A stretch of DNA of 64,000 nt from positions 19,654,001-19,718,000 of the forward strand of contig NC_042998.1 in NCBI RefSeq assembly GCF_006345805.1, written 5' to 3'. Made by a program: the position numbers and the translations under genes. Numbering within the stretch: the stretch's first letter is position 1; every line of letters begins with the position of its first letter. The notes below the pieces were generated by a model. That model did no database searches. It saw only the letters and a program-made list of their open reading frames with translations, and was not told where the DNA came from. Below are positions 27,124-40,400 of this stretch, piece after piece. The DNA comes from Octopus sinensis. Its lineage: Eukaryota.

Positions 27124-27514
27124 ATATATATATATATCGTAAAATACATCTCTTCCAGCTGGCTAACGACATAGTCTGTGTCCGATGAGTATTTGCGAGG
27201 GGAGGTCATTGTTCAAATCTGTAGCCTTACGTGATACACACGTCCCGGGTTTCTGGGTAGTCACCCTGCAGATACTAATTGGACACATTGTTCGTTAGCC
27301 AACTGGAGGAGATGGCTTCCTACGGAAAGAATAACCCGAATATCGTCCTCTAAGGGACCGCTACATTTAGTTGGCAAATTTATTTTACGATTCCGTACTG
27401 TTACTGGCTACCTATGGCAGAGAGATTTGATATAGTTTAATTTTCCTTTTTTGAGATCAGCAACAGTTCGTCGCTGGGAAAAGCATAGAGTATCTTGCGA
27501 GTGGATTGAGTTTT

Positions 27515-27895
27515 CATCAATAGAAGATTTGAAACCCTTTGTGAACATTTAAAAATAAGTAAGTAAAATTTCTTCATAAAGAAAAAAAAAACGAAGAAAA
27601 TAGACTGTTAAAATGTATAAAGAAAAAATAGAAAAAAATCGATACATAAAGACAAAAAACAAAAGACTAACGAAAAGAACAAGATAAAAAAGGAAAAAAA
27701 AACAAAAGATGAAAGATTGTAAGAACGTTTAATTGTAAAAAAAGAAATCGCGGTTTCGTCTCGGAGCGGGACCGAGAAAATCGTCTCATCTTCATTATAA
27801 TTTAATTCATTATAATTCATTCTTTCATATGTTTTTTTGTTCCCGCATGTTTGTGTTTGTCCCCTCTGTATGCAGGCCTTGTGCCTATAATAAAG
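27515..27895 (+). mobile_element. 3' end of a second copy of the same ORF1-type element
   Basis: Direct repeat of 29345-29703, including GTTTCGTCTCGGAGCGGGACCGAGAAAA and the homologous C-terminus DLKPFVNI versus DLKAFMNI. Confidence 0.75.
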
Positions 27896-27899
27896 ATAA

Positions 27900-29703
27900 A
27901 GATGGTGATTACCACTGAGTGTTGGTTGTGATTTCTTCGATGTGAGTTCAAATCGTTACACACTGATATTGTATGTTTGTTGTAGTTTTCCTCGCGCGGG
28001 TGAACCAAGATTCGTTGGATTGTGTAAATTATTGAATTTCAGTCACTATTTCGTTTGCACTTGTATAGTCCCCGTCAGCGAGATGAGTGAAGAAAGATGG
28101 AGAATAGCCAAAGTTACGCAGCGGCAACGACACAAAGAATAAATACCAACACCTTGGAAGTGCAGGAAAGGGAAATGGACACAAGAAACAGGAAGGAGGA
28201 AAATTTGTCAAAAAAGGAGTGAACCAGTCTAAACCTGACTCCCCCAGAAGAACTGATGAAAAACATAGAGAAGAGCACGGTAGTATACAGAACGTTATCT
28301 ACGTCCTGCAACAAGACAGAGATAGCTCCAACAGAAGAAATAGAGGAATGCCTCGAAAATGTGAAAAAATTGACCACGTCTTAGATACGTGGAAAGAAGT
28401 ATGGCTCAGTGGAAGTAAGGTTGGCAACGAAGAAGATGCCATAAACCACTCCACGGAGCTGTTACGGACAAGTAAATGGATACTAATTTCGACATACTGT
28501 GGCAAACGCACTGCCGGGCAGTCGGAAGAGTGCCCCCTGAAATCGAGGAAGAATGGCTCGTAGCAGCCATAATGCACGATATGATGGATGGAGTAGAGAT
28601 CCTTAAGATAACGAGGACCCCCAAAGTCCAATTGGTGGGGATATTGTCTCAAAGTCACTATGCAGGTATCTTTGGAAGACTTGCACAGTATAACGGAGGA
28701 AATAATACTCCCAGAAGACAGCAGACTTCGAATAACAGTAGATGGAAGACCACCAACATGCTTCCTATGCGGCAAAAAGGGGCACATGAAAGCAAGATGT
28801 CCTGAGAAGGAAAACGAAAAGAAGAAAAGTGGAGAAAACAATACCGAAGAGGTTAGTACCAACGAAAGAGACAGATAGGGTGGAGGAACCATTCACAGTA
28901 GTAAACACGAGGAAGAGAAAGGAACGGGTGAATTCTCCCCCAAACAGTCAAATAAGGCTAAAAGAGATTGTGACGGAAGAAAAGAGAAATAGGTGTGAAG
29001 CACCAACAGAAGCAGTAGTGAAAGAAGGCACACAGAAAAAAAAAAAACAGAATTACAACAGGGAGAAAAATTGATTATGATGTTTCTGCACGCCCGAACA
29101 GATCAGGACGGCAGCCGAAGCAAGCAGAATTGAAAAGGAAGAGAAATAATTGGCATTTGGTCACGTATTCCAAAAGTAAAGAAATAGAGAAAACGATTGT
29201 AAAATTTAAATCGGTAATAAGAATAAAGCTGCCGCCAGGAAAATACCCGGAATGCACAAAAGGAATAATTATAGAAAAAGAGAGATGTATGAACTTTTCA
29301 TAGACTCGCTGGGGGTTGAAGTCGAGTTTGACGAGCTCCCACCGATCGTAGAATTAGATTTGAAAGCCTTTATGAACATTAAAAAATAAGTAAGTAAAAT
29401 TTGTACTTCATATAAAAAAAGAGGAAAATAGACTGTTAAAATATATAAAAAAAGAAAAAAAACGATACAAAAAAAACAAAAGACTAAGAAAACGAACAAG
29501 CTTAAAAGGAAAAAAAGAAAAATGACTGAAAGAACGTTTAATTGTAAAAAAGTAATCGCGGTTTCATCTCGGAGCGGGACCGAGAAAACCGTCTCATCTT
29601 CATTATAATTTAATTATTTGTAATCATTCTTTCATATGTTTTTCTGTTTCCCGCGTGTTTGTGTATGTCCCCTCTGTATTCAGCCCTTGTGCCTATAATA
29701 AAG
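27900..29703 (+). mobile_element. Tx1/L1-like element carrying only a frameshifted gag-like ORF1 (CCHC knuckle) and a 3' UTR
   Basis: ATG at 28097 gives MENSQSYAAAT; RITVDGRPPTCFLCGKKGHMKARC in ORF 28660-28878; no APE or RT motifs before the 3' UTR, which ends TATAATAAAG. Confidence 0.7.
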
Positions 29704-30501
29704 AGAGAAGCTGCTGATCATCACACACTGAAGACGTGTAACTACCCAGAAACTCGCGTCAGTGTGTATCATGTAAGGCTAGAGATGGGAGCAATTACCT
29801 CCCCTCGCATATACTCATTGGACACACAGACAGTGTGAGGGAGTTATCATCCAGGGGCTAAAAGCAATAGTAACATCGTCCTCTATGGGACCGCCTCATG
29901 TAGCTGGCAAATATTTTATGATTCCATGCCGGTACTGTTACTGCTTACCTCCCTCTCAGAGATTTAATGTAGTATAATAATATAAATAATATATAAATAT
30001 ATGTATATATAAATACATATATGTACATACCAACATATATATGTATATATACATGCATATATGGGTGCAGGACGTTGAATACAATGCGAAACGAAAGCAT
30101 AAAAACAAAAACATACAAAACGAACTTTTTTAGTAAAACGAAAAAAACAAACAGAGAAACGAGACATGGATCATAAAGAATATTCCCCTTCATCATTAGT
30201 CCCTGGTTCTTCTACTCCGCGTTTCGGAGACAATACGCGACTTCGTCTAAACAGTCCTTCCCGCAAAGCAAATTGAATTAAAATTTGGGATTTTTTGCGG
30301 AGGGGGAAAAGTGGTAACAAAAAGAGGACAGCGAGAACAAGACAGTAAAAACAAACGGTGAGGGCTGTTAAGCCAAGACGATAGAAACATTATTATGAAC
30401 GCTAGGAAGACGAGCTTATGAGAGGAAACAGGTATAAGCACGTGCTGTCTTTAGGAAGGAAATGAGCAGTTTCTCTCTTTCTCTCTTGTTCTTTAATATA
30501 G

Positions 30502-30535
<34 letters not shown>

Positions 30536-30599
30536 TATATATATATGTATGTGTGTGTGTCTGTGTGTGTGTACTCATATATATATGGTATTGTATTTT

Positions 30600-31300
30600 G
30601 AATAGATAGATCTACATTATTCAACTTGTTCTAATATAAATAAGCAATTATTTGAGCACAACTTGGAGGTGACAGCACAACATTCAATATTTATTTATTC
30701 CTATATATATATATAAAGTATTAAATGTTTTTATTGCTGTGTATATACATTTTACAGAAGTTCCTAGTATTTCATCGCCCACGTTGAACCATATATTTCA
30801 CAAAGATAAGACTTCTAAGAACGATAGTGTATTATTATGAAGTAGAACATAAAAAACAAACGAAATAGGCTGTTAGGTAAGTATTGCCAGACTTTTATAA
30901 ACAAAAACTTGATAAACAAAGAAAAATCAGGTAGTGAAATATGAACATACTTTGGCTTGGTATCGTTGGTCTACGATAACAAAATTCCAATTATTTCTCT
31001 AACAATACGAATTGCCAAAAGTTATCATCATAAAAGCCGAAAACAATTCAATTTAGACTAGCGCGCAGATGTAATATATTAATTTTTCCTGACAGAAAGA
31101 AAACCAGAACACTTGATGTAAAGGTAGAAGCAGCTGAAAATAGTTCCAACTGGATTTGGTCATACAGGAATGGAGTGAATGAAGAGAATGTGTATGCTGT
31201 GGATGAAACAGGTAGACATTGAGCTTTGCGTCTTGTGAATAAAAATATTTACAAAGTGGATGATATGGGAAATAAAAGTAGCGATTTTATTCAGATATAG
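30600..31300 (+). pseudogene. Decayed CUB units, segment 10
   Basis: ISSP near 30770; RLLGKYC 30867-30887; NYFSNNTNC 30989-31015 followed by KTIQFRL. Confidence 0.72.
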
Positions 31301-32400
31301 TATTAGGTTGACCAAGATGTCCGTTCAGTTTTTTGGAGTGAAAATAGGTCACAAGTTTTTTTTAACACAAAGAGATTGACTCAACCAATGATATATTTAC
31401 CGTTTCGTTCTAGTATCTCTTGTCATTTTGTGGGTAAATCCATCATTCCCTGTTTTTACAGGTGAAAAACGTTTCTAGATGAATTTTTACATCCTTTAAA
31501 ATCGTGATGAACTTTCCATTCAATGAAATTTTGAAGATACGGAAACAAGTCTAAATCTGAAAACATATGGTAGGGCAAATATGGAGAGCGTAGCAAAACG
31601 TCCCAGCGAAGGTCCATAAACTTCTACCGGGTCTGCAAAAAGTGCGTGGGCTGGAAAGACGATACCCATACAATTAACAATAGATGGAGGCTTCTGGTGG
31701 ATCGCTTCTTCTAATTTGTCGGAATTGTCACAAAACACATTGCATTTGACGACCTTGTCCTTTGCAAATGGCAAAACTTAAGATCGTAAATGGCCACACA
31801 TATGTCAGTCAAATTGAAAGCTTAGTTTCTTCGGGCAATGTCCTATTCATATGTTGTTTGTGATAGTTCGCCGTGCATCCGTCATTATTGATTGTCTCTT
31901 GCATTGTTATCACCGAACCACTTTTCTTCCAAACTGTTCGTATACTTCACACTTCTGCGACAAAAAGATGTAAGTCCGTCGGGTGAAGTTAGCGTTATCT
32001 GGTTGCTGACGTAACAACTTGGTGGAGACGGTTTTCAACAACTGGGTTGGTTATTTGGCGAATATCTGCGATCGCCCGTGTCATATAGCCAGATAGGTAT
32101 CGATTATCTTTTTAATTGTGCCGCTAGTACTCTCAATTGGCCCGCCACTCTAAGGTGCGTCTTGAACGGAAAAAATTCCCGATCGAAATCTTGAAAAACA
32201 TTTCCCGTAACAGAATCCTCTCCGTATTCAGCCCGTATTTTCTTGCAGGTTCCCATCAATTTACACCCCGCTCTTCATCAAACCTGATGATGTTATCTGC
32301 TTTCCTCTTAACGTGGCAAATATAAATCCACCGCCACAAAAGCATTAAATTTTCATTGATGTTTGAAATAGTTTCCTTCTTCAAACAGATATGCTGTCAT
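31301..32400 (-). mobile_element. Decayed mariner element
   Basis: TIR-like TATTAGGTTGACCAA at 31301; reverse complement gives EYGEDSV..FRSGIFSVQDAP.SGRP and DKLEEAIHQKPPSIVNCMGIVF. Confidence 0.7.
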
Positions 32401-32859
32401 GACGAGCGGAGATAATAATTTCTTTAACAATTATTCTGGCATCTATTGCCGATGTAAAGTAATGTGATTTGATTCTTCAAAGCTTTGAAAAGAACTTCCA
32501 GATTCAGACAAGCTAGCCATGGGTCCCTGTTTCGCACAGTTGCTATTTTCGCAACAGTTCTGTAGGAGACGTTAGACTCCTTATGAGTACTGAATCCTAA
32601 TTCGATATGCTTCTGTGTGGCGTAATTATGAATAACAAAATGACCGGAAGGATCTAAATTCAAAAACAGTGAATCAAACGCATAAACATACACAGGGAAT
32701 TATGTAAGCTCATAAATCTTTTTGTGTGATAATAAACAATGCAAAAACAACAGCATCAAATATGATAAAAGATTCAGTTAAATGCATTGCAATATTTCGT
32801 TAATTTACTTGCTTTATTCGTCAATTTATAACAAAAATAGGTTAGCACTCAAAATAGAG

Positions 32860-33930
32860 ATCGTCATGTTGCGCCGTCTGAAGCCACCATTCTTGTCATT
32901 TTTTTTTTTTTGTTTGTTTATCCCACGCTGATATCACTCCTTGTCCGTCGAGGTGAGGAACACTTTCTCTGAAGCATCCGCCTTCTCTTGGTTGATGAAG
33001 CGTCGCAAGCGCAGGAAGTGAACCATAGATGTGTAGAAGTAATAATCCCTGGCAGGTAATTATTCGGATCTGTATGCTCGGCGCTGCATCAGTTCGATTA
33101 TCACACAACCTGGAGTTTACTCCAGATCTTTCGAATGGTGAAGTCATCCGTTGTCTTACTGCAGAAAAGCTCGCATTCTGTTAACCAATACCGAGTAGGT
33201 TTGACGCTCAATGCCATACATCCGCTCCAACTATTCAGGGTACAGTTTGGCATCGATGATTCAACCGCTTGGAATGAACTCGCAGTGAAATATCCTCTCA
33301 GAAGTCCACCAGACTCAAAACATCACCTTGTGTTTGAAACGCCTTTGTTTGGCGACAGGTTCCAGGAAGCTGGCCCTCGCTTAAATACTGTTTAGACCAG
33401 TAAGTATTGTGAGGAAATGTCTAATATTTATCACGTATAATAATTGTCTTCTGGGAACGCAGATCACGCGTGTTTTCCACGGGTTCCTTGCAATCATCTA
33501 TTTACCTCTGTTGCTGAACCACACTCGACAGTGAGACGCTGAGATTGCTTGGCACTCTTCGAGTACTACACGCCGGATTTCCTTCCATGGCTTGAAGCTC
33601 AGTCTTGGTATCCAGGATTTTAGACCAACCTGGTCTTTCCTGATCGTCGAGGTTCTTGCCACCAGAACAAAATTTGCTTACTGTACTGTGCTAATCAACT
33701 GCAGCTTCACTTTTCGTACTACAAATGTCTTTGATTGCTTCAACAGCATTATTGCACAGTTCTAACTGATAAAGAATAAGTTTCCAAACTAGATTACGAG
33801 GCAGACCTGTCTCCTCGGCTCTCAAATCCCATACGGATTAAAGTAATGCACAACCTGTCAACCATATGCGACGAACTCATAAGGGGACATTGCATGAGGT
33901 TAGATAAATATGTCAGCTGATTGTAGGATA
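32860..33930 (-). mobile_element. Second decayed mariner element
   Basis: Reverse complement gives KNLDDQERPGW, HKVMF*VWW...EFIPSG..IDAKLY and LQ*DNG motifs of a mariner DD34D-type transposase. Confidence 0.7.
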
Positions 33931-34144
33931 TGCTTTTTGTATGACTTTGTTCCTTCCTCTCAAATTGTTTTGGTACACCATGTCATATTTTACGCCATGC
34001 AGTCCGATCTAAGCAATGTCAGTTCCAAGAGGTCACCTTAAGCTGTAGAGAGTTTAGAGACTATTTCATATCATTCTTATACGTAAGGATGGATCTTCTT
34101 TTATCGTGGTATCTCTAACGGTTAGCCATGCAAAAAAAATCGAA

Positions 34145-34325
34145 ATGCGAAGAAGAAGAAGAAGAAGAAGAAGAAGAAGAAGATGATGATGAAAAAGAAG
34201 GAGGGGGAGAAGAAGAAGAAGATGATGAAAAAGAAGAATAAGAAGAAGAGGAAGACGATGAAGAAGGAGGAGGAGATGGTGGTAAGGAGGAGTAGAAGGA
34301 GAAGAAGAAGAAGAAGAAGAAGAAT
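34145..34325. repeat. (GAA)/(GGA)/(GAT) microsatellite
   Basis: Directly visible trinucleotide runs. Confidence 0.9.
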
Positions 34326-34699
34326 GTATTAATTAGTAATACTACGTACAACACTTTCGTGGTGGCAGATAATTCTGGAGTAATTCCTTTACTATCGACA
34401 TTTTTTGTTAATGAAATGCGCCGATTTCGAGTGAATGTATATGAGTGGGTGTGTGGAACTATGTTTGTCGCATATGAATTTGTTTCTTATTTCCTTCTTC
34501 GAAATATATAGTAGTAAACATGTAGTGTTTGCTTTCGAAGAACGTATTTATTTGAAATATTAGTATAAATATTGAATTTAAGTTTGAAAATTTGATAGGT
34601 CTTCTTAATCTCCAGATTAAGATAGCAAATGATGAATGATATATTAATCATACACACGCACATATACGCATATAGATCTACATACATGTATGTATATAT

Positions 34700-34902
34700 A
34701 CACATATATATATATATACACATAAATAACCATATATATATACACATACACACATAAATAACCATATATATAATATATATATATATATATAAATATATAT
34801 ATACACTCATAAATAACCATATATATATATATAAATATATATATACACTCATAAATAACCATATATATATATATAAATATATATATACACTCGTAAATAA
34901 CC

Positions 34903-34937
<35 letters not shown>

Positions 34938-34960
34938 TAAATAACCATATATAGATATAT
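34700..34960. repeat. AT-rich minisatellite with a unit of about 39 bp
   Basis: Repeated ATAAATAACCATATATA...TACAC(T)C units. Confidence 0.8.
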
Positions 34961-34971
34961 ATGATAATTTA

Positions 34972-35009
<38 letters not shown>

Positions 35010-35183
35010 CACACACACATATGTGTTTGTTGTGTGTGTGTGTGTGCGTGCATGTATACGTAGTATGTATAAAAAGTGTTACAATTTGAGTCTTATTTAT
35101 GAAGCATTAGAGATATTTCGCTTTTGGATTTGGTTTGCAAGATTCTTTATGTGAGTTCGTGTGTTGAAGCGTATTTTGTTGAC

Positions 35184-35358
35184 TCTGGGGAGAGTCATTC
35201 TCTTTCTTTTTGTGCCTTATAATTTAACACTCACCGATAAATTTTTCACTTATTTCTTATTTTCATTTTTATTTTTAAAAATAAATATAAGGAATAAGTG
35301 GAGATTTTACCGGTGAGCATTTTGAATTATAAGGCACCAAAAAATGACTCTCCCCAGA
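35184..35358. repeat. Foldback (MITE-like) palindrome of about 175 bp
   Basis: Outer arms TCTGGGGAGAGTCATT / AATGACTCTCCCCAGA, with further imperfect complementarity (GTGCCTTATAATT / AATTATAAGGCAC; CTCACCG / CGGTGAG). Confidence 0.75.
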
Positions 35359-35404
35359 CACAACAGAATTAGAGATATTAATATATATATTTCTGGTATA
35401 TCGA

Positions 35405-35610
35405 TAGAAACGTTAGCACGCCGGGCAAAATGCTTAGCGCTATTTCATCTGTCTTTACGTTCTGAGTTCAAATTCCGCCGAGGTCGCCTTTGCTTTTCAT
35501 CCTTTCGGGGTCGATAAATTAAGTACCAGTTGAGCACTGGGGTCGATGTAATCGACTCTCGTCCCTTCCCAAAAAATTCGGGCCTTGTGCCTAGAGTAGA
35601 AAAGAATATA
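35405..35610 (+). mobile_element. SINE family C monomer
   Basis: Same motif, ending GGCCTTGTGCCTAGAGTAGAAA. Confidence 0.8.
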
Positions 35611-35699
35611 TGAATTTCTGCATTCTTGCAGATAATGCAGGACGTACAACTGTGAAGGTCACACGTATATATATATATACATATATATATATCTTCATG

Positions 35700-36350
35700 T
35701 GTCATGCACAGTGTTTATTCAAATGTACACATTGACTTGTCTATAAATTCTGACTGAACCATAATCAAACAAAGTTTCAATAATTTACAATTTAATTTGC
35801 TATATTCCAAATATTTAAATCTAATGAATCATTTTTCGTTTTATAAAGTGTATACCCCCATCAAATTTTTATACTCAACTATATCGTTCATCTTACTTTG
35901 AACCGAATCTATCAGTCACTATGTCAAAATTTCTAAATTATATTATATTTGCAGTGAACAGCTTGACATGAAAGCCGAGCATCAACATTTTTATTCCTTC
36001 GAACACCATTGTATTTATTTCCAACTATTCAGGTTTATTTGCAGATGTGTTCTTTCGATGATAAATATTTATCTTTCTTTGCCTCGTTACATATTTAGAA
36101 AGCTTATCAAATTTCAGGGAAAGTATGCTTAAGGAAATTAGTGTAGTACTTGTTGTAGGTCGAGAGAGAAAGAAATAGCATCAACATATATGTCAACATT
36201 TTCGTACGATTATTATTGAAGCACTTTCACAGAGTGTGACATACTTTCACAGAATGGATGTGTACTTTTATACTCAAAGTCACCATGGTCAAACTAAGTA
36301 AAATCTATGGATTAGATGGTCTGTCTACACATTTATATAAACATATATAT
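35700..36350 (+). pseudogene. Decayed CUB units, segment 11
   Basis: IFIPSNTIVFISNYSGLF 35987-36040; DNA-level similarity to 41185-41420. Confidence 0.5.
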
Positions 36351-36420
36351 AAATGTTTTTTTATATATATACGAAATCATTCACTCTGATATATGTGTGT
36401 GAGCGAGAAAAACAGACATG

Positions 36421-36454
<34 letters not shown>

Positions 36455-37094
36455 GCAGGCTGAACAGATAAACTGAAAATTTCAATAAATACCCGACTAT
36501 GATCATGTTTTATATACGCATATTTATCCCTATATCTATAAACGGCAAAAATCTCTGTGTATCTGTGTGTCTGTGTGTCAGTGTGTCCTTTATACAAATC
36601 CACAGTTTTTCACGTAAAAGGCTCGCATTTTCTATGGGCTTTTGAAACTGTCTGAGGGTGGTCGGGAAGATCTTTTCTTTTCCCCAGTCACCCCAAAAAG
36701 TCATTAACAAAATCGATAAACCGACCCCTTATGCCCATAAGTTATGGGCATATCCATTCAAAAACGCTGAAACAGAAATTTGTACGAGGTGCGTGCGCAC
36801 AGCTAGATACGCCAATAGACTGCTAGCTGTATTTTTGATTGGACGGAGATAATTTTGCCCTTGACAGTTGAATGTGTGTGCGCATTTGCAGGCAGTCTGC
36901 ATGACTGAGCGCGTTTTTGTGTTTTGCAAAGACACCTAGAGTAAAAAATAATGTAGAAAGTGCAACCATTTGTTTTTTATTCTTTTATGAAACCTCAGAG
37001 ATGTTAATATAAGTATTTATGGATTTCTATCGATAATGTACGGCGTGGAAATATGAAGTTCGCACGCATATGGGAATATTTTCACGTATTCTTT

Positions 37095-37483
37095 TTTAAT
37101 CTTTAGTTTATCTTTTACTTGTTTCAGTCATTAGACTGCAGCCATGCTGGAGCACCGCCTTAAAAAATTTTAGTCAAACGAATCGAAACCAGTAATTATT
37201 AATTTTTGTAAAGCTTCCGACTTATTGCATGAGGCTCTTTTGGCGAACCACTCAGTTACAGGGGCCAAACGCACCAACAGCGTTTGTCAAGCAGTCATGG
37301 GTAGAAGCGCAAACACGCATACACAAACGCATACAAATACACAGGCACGTGTGTGTGTGTAAGTATACAACGTGCTTTTTCAGCTTCCGTTCACCAAATC
37401 CCCTCAAAAGTCTATGGTCAGCCCGAGGCTATAGTAAAAGACACTCGACAAAGGTGTCACGCAGTGGTATTGAACCTGGTACA
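37095..37483 (-). mobile_element. SINE family B copy split by the RTE insertion (remainder at 40921-40975)
   Basis: Matches the reverse complement of family B up to GAACCTGGTAC; a decayed continuation CATGGGGTCTGGAA..TTCTT..CATAGCCACGCCTAC follows the RTE. Confidence 0.7.
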
Positions 37484-40400
37484 TCATTCATCATTGTTCG
37501 ACCGTGGTCGAGACAATGGAATTTACCATGTTGCGCCAGATTCACGGTCCATCATAGCATTACGGAGGTCCTGTTGCTGGATGCCTGTATCCCTGGAGAT
37601 TACATCAGGGTAGGAGAGTGTGCGCCCTCTGGTGTTGCGAGTAGATGGCTTCCAGAGGAGAAGAGTAGAAATTACTTCTTTTTCAGCTCTACAACAATGT
37701 CCAGCAAACTGGACTCTCCTACCCTTCACAAGAGATGACACAGGTGGTAATTTCCCATATATTTGCATTTTAGTTGGATGGCGCCTCCACGAGAGATTTT
37801 GAGCTCTCATAAGGAGGCGAGTGTAGGTTCCATCCAACCGCCTCTCAAGCTTCTTTGATAACGTCCAGGTTTCTGAGCCATATAGTAGGATTGGTTCGAC
37901 TGTGGCTTTGAATATTTCAAGTTTGAAGTCTCTACTTAGATTTGATGACCAGATCTTATGCATGTCATTACAGGCTGACCAGGCCATACCCTTTCTAGTT
38001 AGAAAGTCTTTTCCAGATGATGATATGTATGACCCAAGATATTTATAATCAGAAACCATATTTAAAGGTGCACTGTTGAGAGTGTGGATGATGCAATCAC
38101 TGTTGGACAGGCACTTGTTTATGTATTCAGTTTTGGTCTCATTAAGGTAAAGACCTACACAATTTGAGGCTTGTTCAAGAGATTGTAAAAGAGACTGGGC
38201 ATTGGAGAGAGAATCACTGATAAGAGCGATGTCGTCAGCAAAGTCAGTGTCTGTCAAGTACTCAGCTGGGTGTCTGGAACTTCTTCTTGGTTTTATTTCA
38301 AAGCCCTTGCCAGAGATGGTATCAACTGACATACGTAGCACATAATCAACAACAATGATGAAAAGAAATGGGGCGAGTGTGTCTCCCTGCAGTATTCCGG
38401 CCTCGATCGAGAAAGATGATGTTTCTCCATCAGGGGTTAAGATGGTTGAAGACGTATCTGTGTAGAGGACCTTGATGGCAGAAATAATTTTGTCTGGTAT
38501 CCCATAGAGCTTAAGGATTTCAAACATCTTGCACCTATCTACAGAATCGAACGCTTTAGAAAAGTCTACAAATACCATTGCAAGATCGCGATTAAATGCT
38601 TTTGATTCTTCAATAAGTCTGTGCAGGCATAGTATCTGGCTCAGCGTTGAGCGCCCATGTCTGAATCCATTTTGGTTCTTTCGGAGCAAAGGTTCAACAA
38701 AAAGGACAAGACGATTTAGGATCAGTTTGTTGTACAGTTTTGCAGCAATTGACATTAGAGATATGGCCCTGTAGTTGGTGACGAGGGACAAATCGCCTTT
38801 TTTGGGTATTGGAATGATTTGAGACTGGTGCCAAATCTTTGGAGCGACAAAGGTGGAAAGTGTGTGGTTGCAGAGGTTAAGCAAAAGTGTGTGAAATCTA
38901 TCATCCTTCCAAATCACAGCCGGAATGTTGTCGAGACCAAATGCTTTCGAGGCTTTTAGTTGCTTGGTGGCTGCTGTTAGTTCAAATATGGTAAAAGGGG
39001 AGGTGTTGATGTCCAGCGTGTCTGATATAGGCACACTTGGGAGAGTGGGGTTATCAGGGATTTTGGCATTCTTCCCAAGGAGGTTTTTAAAATGGGTTGA
39101 CCAATTTTCTAAACGCTTCTTAGCTGATCCCCCTTTAATTCTAATTGATGACCCAGAATTTTTGCCTGATAGGTCTTTGATGGATTTCCAGGCGAGATGG
39201 TGTTTTTTACTAATGTGCTCTTTCGATAGTTACTAATTTTGCCATTGATAAATTCGACCTCGGCGTTCAAGTAAGCCTCATCAAGATTCTTCCTGGCAGC
39301 TATGAGTTGGATCTTCAGTGACTGGGATGGAGAACGGTGGTAAGCTAGTGATATAGACTTTAGATGGTTTCTGGCTTCGATGACATTTGGGGAATTAGAA
39401 GGTTTGCTCTGGCCCCTACTCTTCCTTTTGGGAAGAGTAGCCAGTGCAACTTCCTCTGTTGATTTGATGAGGCTGCTGTATACTTCCTCAATGTTCTCAG
39501 CATCTATTTCAGAAGTAGACAGAGATTGAAATTTGTTATAGACCTCAATAGTAAATTGTTTGGACATATCGGGGTTAGATAAGACTTCCTCCCAGTCGAT
39601 CATTTTGATCGGGTGAGGCTTAGTTTTTTTGGATGAGCGAAGACTAAGCTTAACGGTAGCTGATACAATTCTGTGGTCAGAGCCGACAGAACTAAAGGAA
39701 GAGTAGGATCTCGAGTCCTTAACACTATTGCGCCATTTCTTTCGAAAGATGAGGTAGTCAATTTGTGCCCTATCACCAAGTGGGGACTCAAATGTCCAAA
39801 GTTGACCTTTTGGTTTCATAAAAGAATTGTTGGAGGTGTAGAGATTAAATTCCTCCAAGAAGTCTTTGAGCATTTCTCCGTTCCGATTGGTTTTAGAGTT
39901 GAAAGTAAACTTGGTCTCATCGGGTCCTAGTCTAGCATTCAGATCACCAGCTATAACCAGAAAATTATGGAGAGGTACTTGCTCAATGGTTGAACGAAGG
40001 GTTGTATAGAAATTTTCAATTTCGTCTGCCACAGACGAATTATGTGGGCTATACACACATACCAATGTTGTTTTTGGGTTTCCATCTATCTCAAGCACCA
40101 TAATTCTAGGTGAGATTGACTCTATACTCAAGAGAGTATCACTAGCCTTTGATGAAAGTAGAAATCCGATACCTCCAACTGTTGAATTAACAGTATTCTT
40201 TGATGCTGAGGAGGTTACAAGTTGATAAGAACCGACTTGATGGTATTTGAGGATGTTGTCAGGGTGGTAAAATCGGTGTTCTTGGACAGCTATTATATCA
40301 ATGCCATGTGATTCTGCATTTGCACCAAGTTCTTCTAGACGGCCAAGAGAGCCGAGGGTGCGGGCATTGAGGGTGCTGAGTATCGTATGATTTTTACAGC

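Noticed and set aside
30170-30245. Possible permuted hammerhead on the minus strand (GAAAC...GUA...UGAUGA)
   Set aside because: Lacks C3 of the core and has no convincing stem I
36730-36752. 11-bp inverted repeat TATGCCCATAA-G-TTATGGGCATA
   Set aside because: Short, with no supporting context; may belong to an unclassified repeat
37229-37738. Plus-strand ORFs overlapping retroelements (also 44389-44655, 54824-55390, 56601-57473)
   Set aside because: Antisense or alternate-frame shadows of TE coding sequence
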